From contig ADNK01000118.1 in the NCBI GenBank assembly GCA_000320545.1, positions 1 through 63,977 on the forward strand: DNA of 63,977 nucleotides, written 5' to 3'. This document shows positions 11,463-29,426 of this stretch, in pieces. The stretch's first letter is position 1. Each line of letters begins with the position of its first letter. Under the pieces are notes generated by a model. It was not told where the DNA came from, did no database searches, and saw only the letters and a program-made list of their open reading frames with translations. Both the position numbers and the translations under genes were made by a program. The DNA comes from Bigelowiella natans CCMP2755 (taxonomy: Eukaryota > Protista > Cercozoa).

Positions 11463-13453
11463 TCATAAGTGATCAAGCAAAGAAAATCTAAATGTTGACG
11501 GCATGCTGTACGCACTGTTGCCATTATTGAGGTCATTTTCTCCATTTATTTTCCCTGGTCCTTTATTATCTCTTTTGTTCTTTTCCTTGGCAGCCGCAGC
11601 TCTTTGGCCGGACTCCGTCATTGCACATCCCTTAAAAACTGAATGGATTCTTCCAAGTTCATTCATTTCGAACACCTATGTGCATGTTGTGGTGCAAGCA
11701 ACAGACATTGCCAAGAAGAGGATGTTTTAGTCACTACTTAATATTGGGATGGAGGGGGTACTGCAGGGTTATGTGGTTTGCATTCGATAAGGAAGGGGGC
11801 AGGAGCGCTGCTGCAACCTTCTCAAAGTCCCCTATGAAGACATATCCTGTGCTTTCCCCTTCCCCGCTCCTCATGAACACCTGGTCAAAAGGAGAATGAA
11901 AGAATAGACATCACCATCCATACAATTATCGTTTAGATTTTTAGTAAGATCGTATGGCTTGTTTCAAATGCAGACGCAAGCATGGGCGGGACTGTGTGCT
12001 TCAGATCAAATTGAAGGAATTCGGGGGGAAGAGGTAGAGGCTGTGGGACATAAAGAGGGGGGGGAGGTTACTTGCGGATATGTATTTATTCCTGATTTTC
12101 CACACAGGAATTTTCGTAAGCTTTTGTCCATTCCACCGTCGACCTTTCCGCACAAAAAGCACCAGAGCGCATTACAAGGCGAAAAAATTAAGAAGAATTA
12201 ATTGCGACAGTGGTGGCGACGTGGCATCGTTAGGGGGCGTGGTGAGTAGACGGCGAGTTTGCAATGCTATATTTGAATAGGTTTGTATTCGGTATATTCC
12301 CCCCCCCCCCCCTCCTGCTTCCCTCCTCCACAAGCGACTGCCACGCTATAATACCTCTTGGTAGATATAGCCAAGAGCGGCAAATAGATGTCTAAGCCTG
12401 TCTTGATGAGATTTCTCTATCATACCTGCCATCACATTTGAATGGGGTGGTGGGTTATAATGATGCGTGGTGGTGTTGGTGACACTCAAATTTTCCTTCA
12501 TGACAAAGAGAATTGATTCTTTGGTTTTTGAAGATTATGACAATATCCCCCCCCCCCCTAAAAATACACAAGAGCAGCAATAGTAGTATTACCGGTGCAA
12601 TGGGAGGTGAGCAACACGACTTCGCCATGTCTGCCGGGGGATTTAAAAAAGGAACTTAAGTCACAAGAATCATACTTATGACCAGCACTTCCTTTCCTCA
12701 TCGTCATATAATCATCCTCACGTTTGCATTCACCCTGCCACCATCCTCTTTCTCTTTCGCTTCCCCCCCACCCCCTCTCCCTCCCTCTCCTCTTCTTACA
12801 CTATGGATTACATTCCAATGTCGGTGTCAATATTGTCGTAGAGCGCTAATGAGAGATTACAGCGACGAATATCAAAGCATACCAGACAAAAACACAATAT
12901 TAAGACATTAGATATAATGTTACAATGGGGAGGGGGGGGGGCGGTAGGAAAACAGAAAAGGGGGCGCTCGACGAATAATCGTTCCCTTGTGCTTCGGTGG
13001 CTCGTCGTGTCTCGTCGTCATCATCGTCATCATCCTCTTCATCATGGTATCCTACCTTTAAAGTCCAGATCGTCCTCTGTCCCCCCCCTCCGTTTGTGGC
13101 TAGGGCTTTTGCTGCTACTCCTACTGCTACCAGATTGATGATGCCCCCCCTCACCTAGTCCCCCCGTCCCAGCTCCTTTCAGGTGTGAAAGCGACCCGAT
13201 TTTTCTTTTGAGCCTCGTGATCTCCATCTCCTTTCCTTGGAGGGCCGTTTTCATCTCCGACTCTTCCCAAACAGAAATATGCATTTTCTCATCAATGTTT
13301 CGCAATACTGGTTTTGGAAGTAGCGGCGAGGAGGAAAGGAGGTTCAAACAACAGGGGGAGTGAGTGGCAGCAGAGATGTCCAGGCAGTAGCTAGTACCTT
13401 CTGCCTCTTTGAGCTTCAGCTCTAACTCGCCGATTCTCTTGTGGGCTGAGAAA

Positions 13454-13484
<31 letters not shown>

Positions 13485-13640
13485 CGATGATGATGACGAG
13501 GAAACCAGACGGAAGTAAGAAACCAAAGAAGATGTTAATAATTATCATATACTGTTATCACAGCGCCTTGCCAACGCTACAAAACACCGGCGCATATTTT
13601 GTATCCAGACAGGGAGGAGGAGGAAATACTGCTTGGGAGT

Positions 13641-13680
<40 letters not shown>

Positions 13681-13792
13681 ATCAGATCGCATCATAATCT
13701 GACTAGCCAGCTAAGCTGATTGTTGGCCGCTGCTATAACAACGCACCTGAGAGCATGAGTTGCTGCCCATTGTTGAACATCAGAGTCACATC

Positions 13793-13834
<42 letters not shown>

Positions 13835-16800
13835 CATAAATATATATATAACGGGGAACCAACCAACCAACCAACGGGGGGAGGGGTTGAGGATTTTGGA
13901 AAATATTGTAGATGCTGCTGTGCTAAAATTCGAAGGTAACTACCTTCAACTGCATCGCTTGTTTGTTGATTTTATGCTCAAGCTGCTCATTCTCCTTCGA
14001 TATGCTATCCCGCTGTTTTCGCTCGCTTTCTAACTCTTTCTTTATCTCTGCCAGGTGACCTGAAATAGGAAGGTGAGGATGAGGAAGAGGAGGGAAGGAG
14101 TAGAGCAGAAATATATATTTCTATAAATATATTCTCCATAAAGAGCGAAGGAAAAAGGCCTAAACCAGCAACTACCATCCTTCTCCTCGTAAAAACATCA
14201 TAGCAACATGATCATCATCTCGCTGTCACAATAACCGCTTGTCTTAAGAAGTTGCTCCTTCAAAGAATCTTTCTCCTGGAAAGATGGTAGGAAGATGATA
14301 AATGATGATATCCTCAGACAAAGAGGGGGAGGGGGGTACCTTGATTGCACTCTCGAATTTCTGCCGCGACTCTTCTCTGCATTGACAATGCATCACAAGC
14401 TAGTCAAAAATGAAATAAAGAATTGTTCGACAATCTGCTTACGCTTTTTCGCTCATAATCTTCAGCTGCGACTCGGCCACCTTGTGGGCCTTCTCCAATT
14501 CAGCGACCTGGAAGAAGAGGGGGGGGGGGGGGGGGAGAGGAAAAGGGTGATGTCACTTGGAATCATGCGAGTAAAGTATTCATAAGGTAATTTGCAAGAT
14601 TATCCTCTCATCTTACTTGCGTGTTTCTAACTTACTTGCGTGTTTAGAAGCTGCTTCCAAATCATGGCCTGCTGCTGCTCGTTGTCGCGCAATTTTTTCT
14701 CGGTAGACAACTTGGCCTGGACTACTTTGAGCTCCGCCTGAAAAGAGAGACCATTGGTGATGATAAGACGCGTGATGGGTGGTGAAAATGGCGAAGACTA
14801 TACATCGGCTGATAATCGAAAGAGGCTCATCATACAATTCACAGCAACGGGAAAATGAAAGTTTTCAGTAGGAGGATCAGCCTACATTCGAACTGCTGCA
14901 ACTGCTACTACTAATACACCTCTCATTATATTAAGAAAGGCCATGCTATTTAACACTGCTGGTGCTGATCTGCTGTTGTATTATTACAATTACCTTCAAC
15001 CTCGCCACTTCACTGGAGCCGTCGCAGCTGCTACCTCCTCTCTTTTCCGAAGTGCTGCTACTCCCCCCTCCCTCACTGAGTATATAAGAGCAGATGGATG
15101 CAAGAGTCTGTCAAAAATTCTTCTGTACGATTCCTTTTTCCTCTCTCCGCCCCCCCCCTCCCTTTCCTTATGATCATCTATCTCTGGTGCCTTTTGCTGT
15201 CAGTTACATTGCACGTTCTCGGGCTGTGGGGTGGCGGAAGGTTACGTTAAATGGCTTCGATTTCCTGCAAAACGTACACCAGAGAAACACGATTTAGCCT
15301 TGATTTACAGTAAGGAACCACTCACTGAACACCAAACGAAGAAAGACCCCCATCTCCACCCTGCATTTGTAGAATACTTACTTGAGAGTCATCCGAATCG
15401 TCATGTTGATGGCGGACGTTGAATTCGTTAGTAACTTATCCCCAATCTTCACAAAAAGCGACCCGGGCTGTCGTACAAGAACATACGAAATAAAGAGAGA
15501 TGTGACAAAGTGTTTCCTCGAATTATCCTTCACAGTGTCGCTTCTTTCATACAATACAGAGATTTGAATACCATCCCCCCCTCCCCCCTTCCCTCGCAAG
15601 TAAAAGTCCAAACCTTCACGCCAGCTTTAGCTGCAGTACTACTTGGGGCGGCGAAAATCACCTGATAGCAACAATATAAATATATCACATTCGCTGAACG
15701 TAGCCGATAGAAGGCATGCAACAATCGGGGATAGGTTCATTAATTGAAAGTAATTAGCAGGAAAGTTGCTTAAATACAAAACCTTCTTCCCCACAAAGCG
15801 CAAACCGAGGGAAGTAGTGTCTCCGGAAAACTCAACATCGAACTCCGATTCCTGGTTAAGTTACGATGAAAGTATGAGTGCAGGCATACACGCGCGCGCA
15901 CGCACATTCATATAAGTGTTATATGCTTATGTTTTCAGATGCTATCGTGCATAATCTCGCCTAAATTCCACGGCAATTAAGGAAGACAAGACAAGATATG
16001 ATTATGTGTATTAACGTATGATGCTTGTTTTATAGGAAATTAGAGAATCTTATAAAACCTTTATCGCCTTGATTTGCTCATCAATGGCCTCACGTTTCCA
16101 TTCATCTATCATGTATAGTCGTATATTCTATTCATGTTAGAATTATAGCATAAAATGATCTGTACGTATGCAACACAACAATCCCAATATGCTCCCTCCC
16201 TCCCTCCCGCTCAATTAGCCAAAAGACCTCCTTCCTTCCAATCGGCTTCATGTCCTAAGTTTAATTTGCACTAGTTTAGTATTAGCAGAGAATAATTTTT
16301 GATAAAGAAGTTCTGAGAATCCCGCGGGATACATTTCTTGTAGCCCAAATATCTATGCCACCACTAACTCTGAACCCCAACTCCCTATCCTATTGCATTG
16401 TGGGCTCGACCAGATTCTGCTGGAGAAAGCATGCAGAGATGCTTGAAATAACTACTCATTTTGCGTGATATAACAGTGCTGTCTTCTTATTCAGAAGGTC
16501 GATGTCTGGGTATGACACTTGTAAGTTCGGCTTCCTTCTCCTTCCGGGAGAGTTATTTTTCGGCTTCGTCGTGTTTGATAATAGGGCAAAATGCTCAATG
16601 GTACTCTCCTGATAAATTAGTTTCTTAGGGCCTCAACGGAAGGCTGAGTCATGTGTAATGATCGCACGAGAGCCCATAAAACCGCATATAACATGCTCAA
16701 ATAGGTAACCACGATTGAATTCGTGTATGGGGCTCAAAATTCACAGCCTCATATAGACGCTGAAAATTTTCCATACTGCAAAATACAAAGCGATGACACA

Positions 16801-17130
16801 AGCATACATCATTCTCATCGATGAGAAATCGAATTTTGGGTCAAATTCGAGTGAAACAAAAACTTCGTATGAACAATGTCCGAATCGAAGTTCCTATTTC
16901 ACTCCTTAGGTACAGGTTGCTCCTCTATGCACTCGTTCAAGCCATCGTACTCAGCGAACGAAAACGAAACGGATCAGTGGAGAGGTTCGAATTGGGAGGA
17001 GAGGGGGGCAGAGCCGATCACCTATTCGACTAGAGACACACGGACGTGCACACAGCGCTCTAACAAGGTAATGGTCTTCCTTTCCGTGAAAATCAGCTTC
17101 GAAAGAAACAAGATCTTCTACAGCTCAATG
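11463..17130 (-). CDS. Large multi-exon coiled-coil protein with a PDZ-like domain; function unknown, ends approximate
   Basis: GT-AG bounded exons: EFDVEFSGDTTSLGLRFVGK (~15785-15850), IFAAPSSTAAKAGVK, VRQPGSLFVKIGDK, PFNVTFRHP (PDZ-like); coiled-coil exons HLAEIKKELESERKQRDSISKENEQLEHK and AHKRIGELELKLKEAE; last exon VFEMNELGRIHSVFK. Confidence 0.5.
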
Positions 17131-18052
17131 CTTCAAGTAATATGTTCTGTTATTTACACATTTAACAAATATTTGCCCTGTCGTTAGGTGATAATAGAAT
17201 TGATTTAGTGTTGTACAAGCGTAAATGGAGTTCGCCCTGAGTCAAAGAAGAAAGCTGTCGGAAAATTTCCTAGAAGAAATGCAGCAGGAACTTCTGCTAC
17301 GACATCGACTTTTTGGCGTTTGCTTTTCTGTATTTTTCGAAAATCATGGGGAAAATCGCCACTGGAATTTTGTAAAGAGGAGAGCCAGCTCGAATTGGGT
17401 CCCATTTGAGTGATTTAATCTTCTTTCATCCTCAAAACACCTCCTTCTTCTTGGCAGAAATGGTATCCGTTATAAATGAGCTGCAACTTCTGGGAAAAAA
17501 TGAAAAATTTTAAGAACACAGCAGATCCTTCTCGGCAGATGCTTATTTCTGGGTTTGACCAAAACCAATTTTATTTGGTGAAAACTACATGTTTAGCGTA
17601 GAAGACACGAATATGTCCTTGTCGCAAGTGATAGTTATTGGATGTTGCAGTTACAGAAACTGCCGCGTTTTAAGGCCAAGAATGCTTCGCTTGGTCAAAA
17701 AATAATAGATGTTTTAGTGGTATGACTTATCTCATTCCAAAAGATAATTCTTACTAGTAAGAACTCATCACAATTAGTTGCAAATAATGATATTCGAATT
17801 ACCCATAAACATCCTAGGAAATGCAAGAGAAGTAAGAAGAAGAAGAAGAGACGAGGGAGTACTTGCTGTGGCGATCAAGTTTTCATTTTCCACAGAACCT
17901 CTGCCGTCCCAATAGGGTTCATCTATAACCCTTACCTTGTTAATTTTTCAACACCCCTCTTGTTCATCTGCCTTCCATTCTATTCTAGACGAAGATGAAA
18001 TAATTGCTGAATCCTATTTGTTGTGCTTACATCAGTACTCTACATCTGCACC

Positions 18053-18649
18053 ATGGATGACGGTCGGGCGAAAATGCAGATTTCATTTGACGATGCCAAC
18101 CGGATTCGCATTCTGGAAGCTGATATGTTTAAGCAGACCGAATCTCTTGCTCAGGAAAGCACGGGCTTTGTCAAAAGTACCACACTGTATCTCACATGCA
18201 TGCATCATGTCTCCTTATAACTCATTATCCAGAGTGATATGCACAGTGCTGATTTTACGTTCTTAATTCACAGAAATAGAGTCTTTCAATAAGATAGTCA
18301 CCCAGCTGCTTACCGTACTGACTGCACAGTCTGAAAAAATTGAACGGGCGAAGTTATTGGTGATAAAGTGTTTCAGATCTAAATCTTCTGGAGGCTAACT
18401 CTATCTTTCCACAGGCCATCGGACAAAAAAATAAGAATAGAAATGAGAAGGAAAACTGTCGTCGCATCAAGAAAGAGCTTCAGACTCAAATAATTCTTAA
18501 AAGACAAGAATTGGAAAGGTACTTAGTTTCATCTCATGGAAGAAAATATTTACTGAAAAATAAAATTTAGGATACGGATCAAGAACCAATCTCTAGAAAA
18601 GACAGTGGTTGAACAAAGACAGATCATAGAAAGATTCAAGACAAACTAG
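18053..18649 (+). CDS. IFT20: Intraflagellar transport protein 20 (4 exons)
   Basis: Spliced product MDDGRAKMQISFDDANRIRILEAD...KIESFNKIV...IERAKLLAIGQKN...KRQELERIRIKNQSLEKTVVEQRQIIERFKTN*, with three short GT-AG introns. Confidence 0.92.
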
Positions 18650-18829
18650 CGAAATAAACGACGAATGTGAGATGATTCGAAAATTTACCATCATCACATT
18701 TACTCATTAGAAAAGGTGCGTGTATTTGTTATTACAATAATGATAGACATGCAATATGATATATATATATATATATATATATATAATACACCATATTGCT
18801 GTGTCTATTATAATAGTTATTTGCGTCAA

Positions 18830-20130
18830 TCATAGAGTGTGTACATGGACTAGCAGCGGAGCAAGCGAGCGTATAGCACTGTAGATCGTGCTTTGGAAGC
18901 TGCGTGTGGCATAAAAGCTATGACAATGATCACACAGTGCGACCATTGGGCGGTGGGTCGTACATGCACGTGCAGCGCGCACAATGGACATGTGGCATCG
19001 CATGTGCAATGTGTGCAACAGTAGTGTGCGCATCTTTTATTTGTCACTACACGCGTACGTGTCCATCATTCTCTGAGAGAAAGCATGAACAACATGTCCA
19101 CGCACCCAACTTGAGTGTTCTGCTTGCTGGACTGAAGAAAATTGGCTTCGTCACGCGTGTGTGCGTCGTGTGAACCACATCGTGCACTTGCTCACAATTG
19201 TGCACAACACTTCACATGTTCAAGTCGACCTGCTATTTGTATCATTACTGGTGTACATGCAATAATCACTGGTGTACATGCACCAGTTCATTTGTGCGAG
19301 AACGTGCATGGCACTGTGCAGGTGCTTGAACCACTTGAATGACACCGCTGACCTGACTTCGCACCCATCAACGATTTGGCAGCATGGCAGCAGCGCGAGT
19401 GACGTGTCGTCCTCACGTGCTGGCCACTTCTTGTGACTGAGACACACGTCCACAACTTCAGCATGTCCATTTGAGAATGAATGAATGAACAAATTTGATG
19501 ATGACCACGTTTCCAAAAAACGTCATGATGTTTGCAAAGTGCGAAATGCAGTGCCTCGAGCTAGTTCTAGCGAGGTCTAATTTTGGGCATGCATGCCAGC
19601 ATGGCGCCATGACAATGCTGCAACACTTGCTGCAAACATGTGTTGGCTCATGCACAATGCAAGTGCAACTCCAGCCTGGACAAGCATCGCTTCCTTTCCA
19701 TTGGCACCTTCAGCAGGTGACTCTTGACAGCTCTGTCTGCTCTCATGTCCACCATCTTCGAGCCTGAGGGCATGCATGCCAAGCAAAACCTTCACCTTGT
19801 GACAATCATCGCCTTCTTCAAAGGCCATGCTGTTCACATGGTTGCAAGAGCCTTGGGCGGACCAGAAAACACCTCGCAAATTTGAAAGTTCACTGGCGGT
19901 TGAGAAAGCGGCTGAGAAAGAAAGAAAGAAAGAAACTTCGTTGAATGAAAACATCCCCAAAGTGTCGCATGACACTTGTGAAGTGCGAAACAACATGATG
20001 ATGTCTCGAGCTGAGAACGAGGAGGAAAACCAGCATGCACAATGAACAATTCAGGTCGTTGCCGAAATGTGGGGCACGGCGGCATTGAGAATGACCAAAA
20101 AATCAAGGTCCTTTTTCGGGATGCGACACG
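18830..20130. other. TpA-depleted intergenic island
   Basis: 3 TA in 19281-20130 and none in 19581-20130 by hand count. Confidence 0.9.
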
Positions 20131-20294
20131 CTATTTTTTTGATAATTCTTAATTCTTTCTGTTCCCTCACACCCCCCGAGCCAGCCTCAACACGAACCTT
20201 AGTTCCCCCTCAGCGTCTTCCGAGGCTCTCGCATAGACAAATAGGAAGCTATTTGTGCACCGGCGGGCCTCACCGACCAATAAATCTCTTATCA

Positions 20295-21456
20295 ATGCCA
20301 CATTCCCCCTCGTCGGCAACGCCTCCACCGTCATCGCCGTCAACTACACCGACGTCTACGTCATCTGCCCCATCGACTTGTTCGTCTTCGTCTCCTTCAT
20401 GGTTTGTATGCTCCTCCTCTTATCCCACCACACGATCTCTGTGCTGTATCAAGTTGTATAATCATCATAGGTGGTCTGCACTTGCAAGGAGATGGGCTGC
20501 TGGAGCCGTAGCAGGCGCTGTAGAGGCGGTCAGTGCTCTTTCGCAATCAATGAACAGCCTAAGGTGCTTAGCATGCGAATGGTGTTCATACAGGTGATCA
20601 CAATGCCTTTCGAACTGACGAAGACCCAGCAGCAGTTAGGATCGAAAATCTCTCCATCTTTGCCCAAAAGCCCCAAAGCTGTCCCCCGCGCCAATATCGG
20701 GGTCGTCGGAACGATGCGCTACGTCGTCCAACAAAACGGTATAGGGGGGCTTTTTTATGGCCTTCCAATTCAACTGATCCAAGTAAGTAAAATAATGCTG
20801 GGGTCATCTCTATCATCAGGAACAATTTGTTATATTCTGTCAGACTGCTGGCAAAGTAGGCATCCGCTTCTCTGCTTTTGAGCAATATAAGTACGATGTG
20901 GCAGATTTCATCCCTCCCACATTTCTCTGTTTTTGCACATTTTAATTTATGATTGCCTCAATCATCCACTTCGAGACTTATAAGCCTAAAGGTAGCTGGT
21001 ATGATGGTTTAGGATAGCGATATGTGCAGATCCTGGGCGGGCAACACGTAATGGTAATGATTAACAAATTAAATCGCCACGATCAAGAACATATGCGAAG
21101 TGAGGATTTTTCTGTGTTATGGAGGTGATATAGCTATGATTTAAGATCATGACGACAATAATGATCAGAGGAATTTGTAGCCGGGTGTGCCGCAGGTGCC
21201 ACTGAAGCAGCGTTATGGATCACTCCGTAATTGAAAATAAGTGCACAATAATACTAAAGCAACAATAAAACCACGTTTTCTAATACCGTTCTGGCCCAAT
21301 TGTTGGCCATTTCCCTTTGCCATCTTTATTTTCTGCCTCTTGTCCTGGTTTGTTCCTTCCCTCCACCCCTTTGCTGGATGATGCAGATGTGAGCGGCTGA
21401 AAGTCCTTCGACAGGCCCAAGTAGATGTTGTTGTAGTAGTCGTAGTAGTAGTAGTC

Positions 21457-21491
<35 letters not shown>

Positions 21492-23318
21492 CGTAGTAGT
21501 AGTAGTAGTAGTCGTAGTAGTAGTAGTAGTAGTCGTAGTAGTAGTAGTCGTAGTGCAAAGCATTGTTAGATATGGTAGTCGACATATAGACACCACATCT
21601 TACTGTGCTATGCGAAACCTTCGCTTTCACCACCACCGCCGCCGCCCCCTCCTCCTCTCATCACGATCTTAACATCAGATCGGAGTGAATAATCCTCTTC
21701 ACACAAGCTGGACAAAATCCCTGGCTTTAATTGTGGAGGAGCAAGGCATCTCAGGGTAATGTTCTTTCCGTCTCTTCCCGTATGCTTCCTTCCTTCCTTC
21801 CTTCCTTCACGTTCGAGCATGAAATACGTGTGATAAGGAAGTTACGGATGATAATGATGATGATGATGGTGATGGTGGAGAAGAAGAAGAAGAAGAAGAA
21901 GAAAAAGGAAAAAAAAAGAAGTTAGAACAAAATGACGATGATGAAAACAATAAACTGATAGAGGATTGACAGCTTGCCGCCCTAATCCAGATCTTTCTCT
22001 CTCTCCCCCTCTCCCTCCTATTTTCTGTTTGCCTCCACAGCCTGTACCGAGGCCTCGCTGCAACAACATTGCGAAATGGGCTTAGCATTGGCATCCGATT
22101 CGCACTGTACTCTCAGATCAAAGAGGTGGTGTGCGCACACTCACTCACACACGCACTCACACGCACGTAGTTTAGACCATTTCAGATGACAACGAGCATG
22201 CTGCTGCTGATGATAATAATAGTGGAAATGAATACAATCGGCACCAAATACACAGTCTAACCATCATATCTACTCTGTGGTCCATGTCGAGTAGATGTTA
22301 GAGCCCTCTCCTGGCGAAAAGAGGAAGAGAGCTAGCAAGGGGGGGTGGGAGTCTCTCGTTGCTGGTGCAGCTGTCGGTGAGTTGGACGAGCCGTAGAGCA
22401 GCGTCGTATCCATCCATTACAACAAGGCTACTACAACGAGAAGAGATTGTGCTGTGCTTGTTTCTTGAGACTAGGGCCTAGCTTTTTTGATGTAGCACCG
22501 GCAATCGCTTACTCGGAAAACTTATGTTTTTGCGATCATAAGAGAGTGTACGGCTATTCTACATCGTCGCCGCCTCCTCCTCCTCTTTATTTCCTATGCT
22601 GCTTATGCTGCCGATGTTAATAAAGATGAGGGTCGATTACATCGCTTACTGCCACTCCTACTACTTCAAACTAGGTGCCTTCACAACTGTGCTGAACAAT
22701 CCGATTGATGTCGTCAAAAGTCGCATGCAAGCAGACTCTCAGGTGCTGCGACCTTTCTAACGACCTCTTATTTTTTGGGGGCGATGTTGGGCGGTCATGG
22801 GGGGTTCAAATATTTCATGTGTCTTAGAAGTACATGCCTTGTGTGTATATTATTCTTTGTTAATGATTACAAGGGGGGAGGGAAGTCCGCGCCCGAGTTC
22901 CGATCGACATGGCATTGCATCACAGCAATCAAAGAAAGGGATGGGCTATACGGCTTATTGTTCAGGGTATGACATTTCCTAAGCATTTTGCTTTCGAACT
23001 TCAAGATTAAAAACTTCTTTAAAAATTGTGAGGCTCAGTCAAGTGAGCCTGCAATCACTTCGTGTAATCTTATGACTGGCATTCGTGTCAACATCTACAA
23101 AGCTTGAGCGTAGTGGTTGTTTTGTCGCATCTTTTGTGCTGATTCCAAGTAATTCATGACAACAGTATCGGACGTCAATTCATATGCATCATTCACGTAT
23201 ACAATTATAATCTCCATAGGGTCTTTCTGCCAGACTTGTGAAGATATCTACAGGCCAAGCCGTTATATTTTTTATCTACGAGCACGCGAAGGCGCTGACA
23301 GATCAATTCTTAGCATAG
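20295..23318 (+). CDS. Mitochondrial carrier (SLC25), citrate/tricarboxylate or succinate-fumarate type
   Basis: Three carrier repeats with Px[DE]xxK motifs: AGAVAGAVE..ITMPFELTKTQQQ; AGCAAGATEAALWITP.SERLKVLRQ; NNPIDVVKSRMQ. Also LYRGLAATTLRNG and GLSARLVKISTGQAVIFFIYE...LA*. Confidence 0.9.
21433..21553. repeat. (TAG/GTA)n microsatellite with periodic TCG interruptions, intronic
   Basis: About 120 bp of gtagtagtc/gtagtagta units; the longest of many intronic simple repeats. Confidence 0.95.
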
Positions 23319-24144
23319 TAGTTGCCACCAGATACATTATGACGTTGACGCCTCTTCCTCCCACAGCACGTACAATATTCCTTCCAAATTCACTTTAAAA
23401 AATAATATCTCGTGCCAAGTAAAGTCTTAAAAAGACTTATTATAGCAAGTCCGCTGTAATTTCGTGTTACTCGTTCCTAGCTAGTGCCAGCATACAAGCA
23501 GTGCTGCTGATATATGCTTGCACAATTGGCTATTGGTATGATGTAATTATTCGACGTGAGCTAGGTGAGTGCGCAGGCAACTTCCGCAGCGAGTCGATCG
23601 CGGGTACATTGCACAACAGGCCGTTTTAGCATGTTTGCTAGCATGTTGACTAGACTACAGTTTATTTGCAGCATCGCCATATTACTTTGAAGATAGCGCA
23701 TATTTAGGTATGCTGTAGATATCACTACGCCGCCCGTGTGCGCAAATATAGTCTACATGTATGTCAAAGTTTCATGCATGTCATCAACCTCCTTCGTAGC
23801 ACACACATATGGTGCTTTCTAGCTTTGTCAGCTCACATACATTGCATACACAGGAGTACATGCAGGAAACGTATCGAAACAGATGTTAGGACATGACGTA
23901 GAGTTTCGGCTACGATCAATGCGGAGGTGAATCATCATTTATTTCTATCTTGTACCGAACTATACCGCCTGCATGCAACGCAAACGGTAAACTTCGCATA
24001 ATAGGGTAGGAGAATGCCACTGAGAGCATCTACAAATACGCACAAGGCAAACCCCATAAAGTAGCTAACGCTTCATGAAATTGGACTGGATAGCAGTAAG
24101 AAATAATAATAATAATGATAATAAAAATAAAAATAATAATAATA

Positions 24145-28157
<4,013 letters not shown>

Positions 28158-28566
28158 CGCTAGTACGAGGGAGTCGTTGAGATGACGTGACGCGCCGATG
28201 CAGAGAAATCAGTCAAAATCCCCTTGTTTTACTTCCTAAAAACACTCTTCCGCCTCAAAATCTATCAAAACCGCCGGTCAGTTGGTAGTCGCCTTGACCT
28301 GCCACGCGCGGCACTTCTCCGTCGGAGAAACATCCCGACCCGGGTACTCGGCAAACTGCGGGCGAGATGTTGTATCCAGGGTGCTGGTTGTCGCGCTTGG
28401 CGCTCGGTTGAAAGACCGGCGTGGATTTTAGGCTGTAGATCTAAGAGGCCCTTCGTAAATGTAATTTTTTTTAGGAAATTCTCCGATGTTTTTTGTGTGT
28501 GTTTTCGGTTGGTTGAACTGCTGGTTTCGGATAAAGTCAGCTCGGCTCGGCCTTGGCGCTCGTACA

Positions 28567-29371
28567 ATGGGGCCCCGCCGCTGGTCGCTCTTCACCTGCG
28601 CCGAGATCCTCCCGCTCTTCGTCCTCCTCTTCCTTCTCTCCCGGCTCCCTGGCAAGCTCAACCCTGCGAATGTCACCCTCCAGCGGTCTGTGCAGCCGAA
28701 GGCCTTTGCGCACAAGCCACTCAGGGTATGGAGGCGGGGAGGGGAACAGAGGTTGGGGGTGGATGGTCGAAGGGGGGTGTTGTTTAGCAAGAGGGCGGAG
28801 AGCACGCGAATTTGTGCGCAGGGCGACGCCATGGAGGAGGATCAGACTAGCATCTGGGAAGATGAAAGGTTTAGCTTTTGTTGTCCTCAAAAGAGAATAT
28901 GCTCAACATAGAGCCATATTGCGATGATGCCACCAATCACGAAGACCGTTCTCGCTCGTTCGGAATGACCAATACTTGCAGACTGTAAAATTGCTATCGT
29001 TTCTCTTCCCCTATTCTGCGAAGTAACTATTCGTGCACCCACCCACCCACCCACCCACCCCATAAATGTCAGCATCCCCGATTGGCTTAAGATTGAAAAG
29101 GGGATGCTAGTAAGAACGTTCGGCCTCAAGAACGAGAGTTTCAATGGATTAGAAGGCTTAGTTATGTCGGATATCAAGGATGGCAGATTTCCCGTTACGC
29201 TGGTAAAGCGAAGGCGATAACTGTGCAAATGATCATCACCAACCACCACCACTACCACCTATTCCATCGAATTTTTTAGTGGACTATCCGCCTTACTGTG
29301 ACTCGTAATTTAAAACAGCGGGCAAAGACTGGAGAGGAGGTTAAGGCCCGAATCAAGCCTTTCAATCTCGA

Positions 29372-29426
<55 letters not shown>

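Noticed and set aside
16280-17130. RhoGAP-like N-terminus and PI-PLC-X-like C-terminus (12300-12900) for the coiled-coil gene
   Set aside because: Only faint resemblance; catalytic motifs and exon phases could not be confirmed.
21213-21636. Poly-Thr and poly-Tyr ORFs, and similar homopolymer ORFs throughout the track
   Set aside because: Translations of intronic microsatellites.
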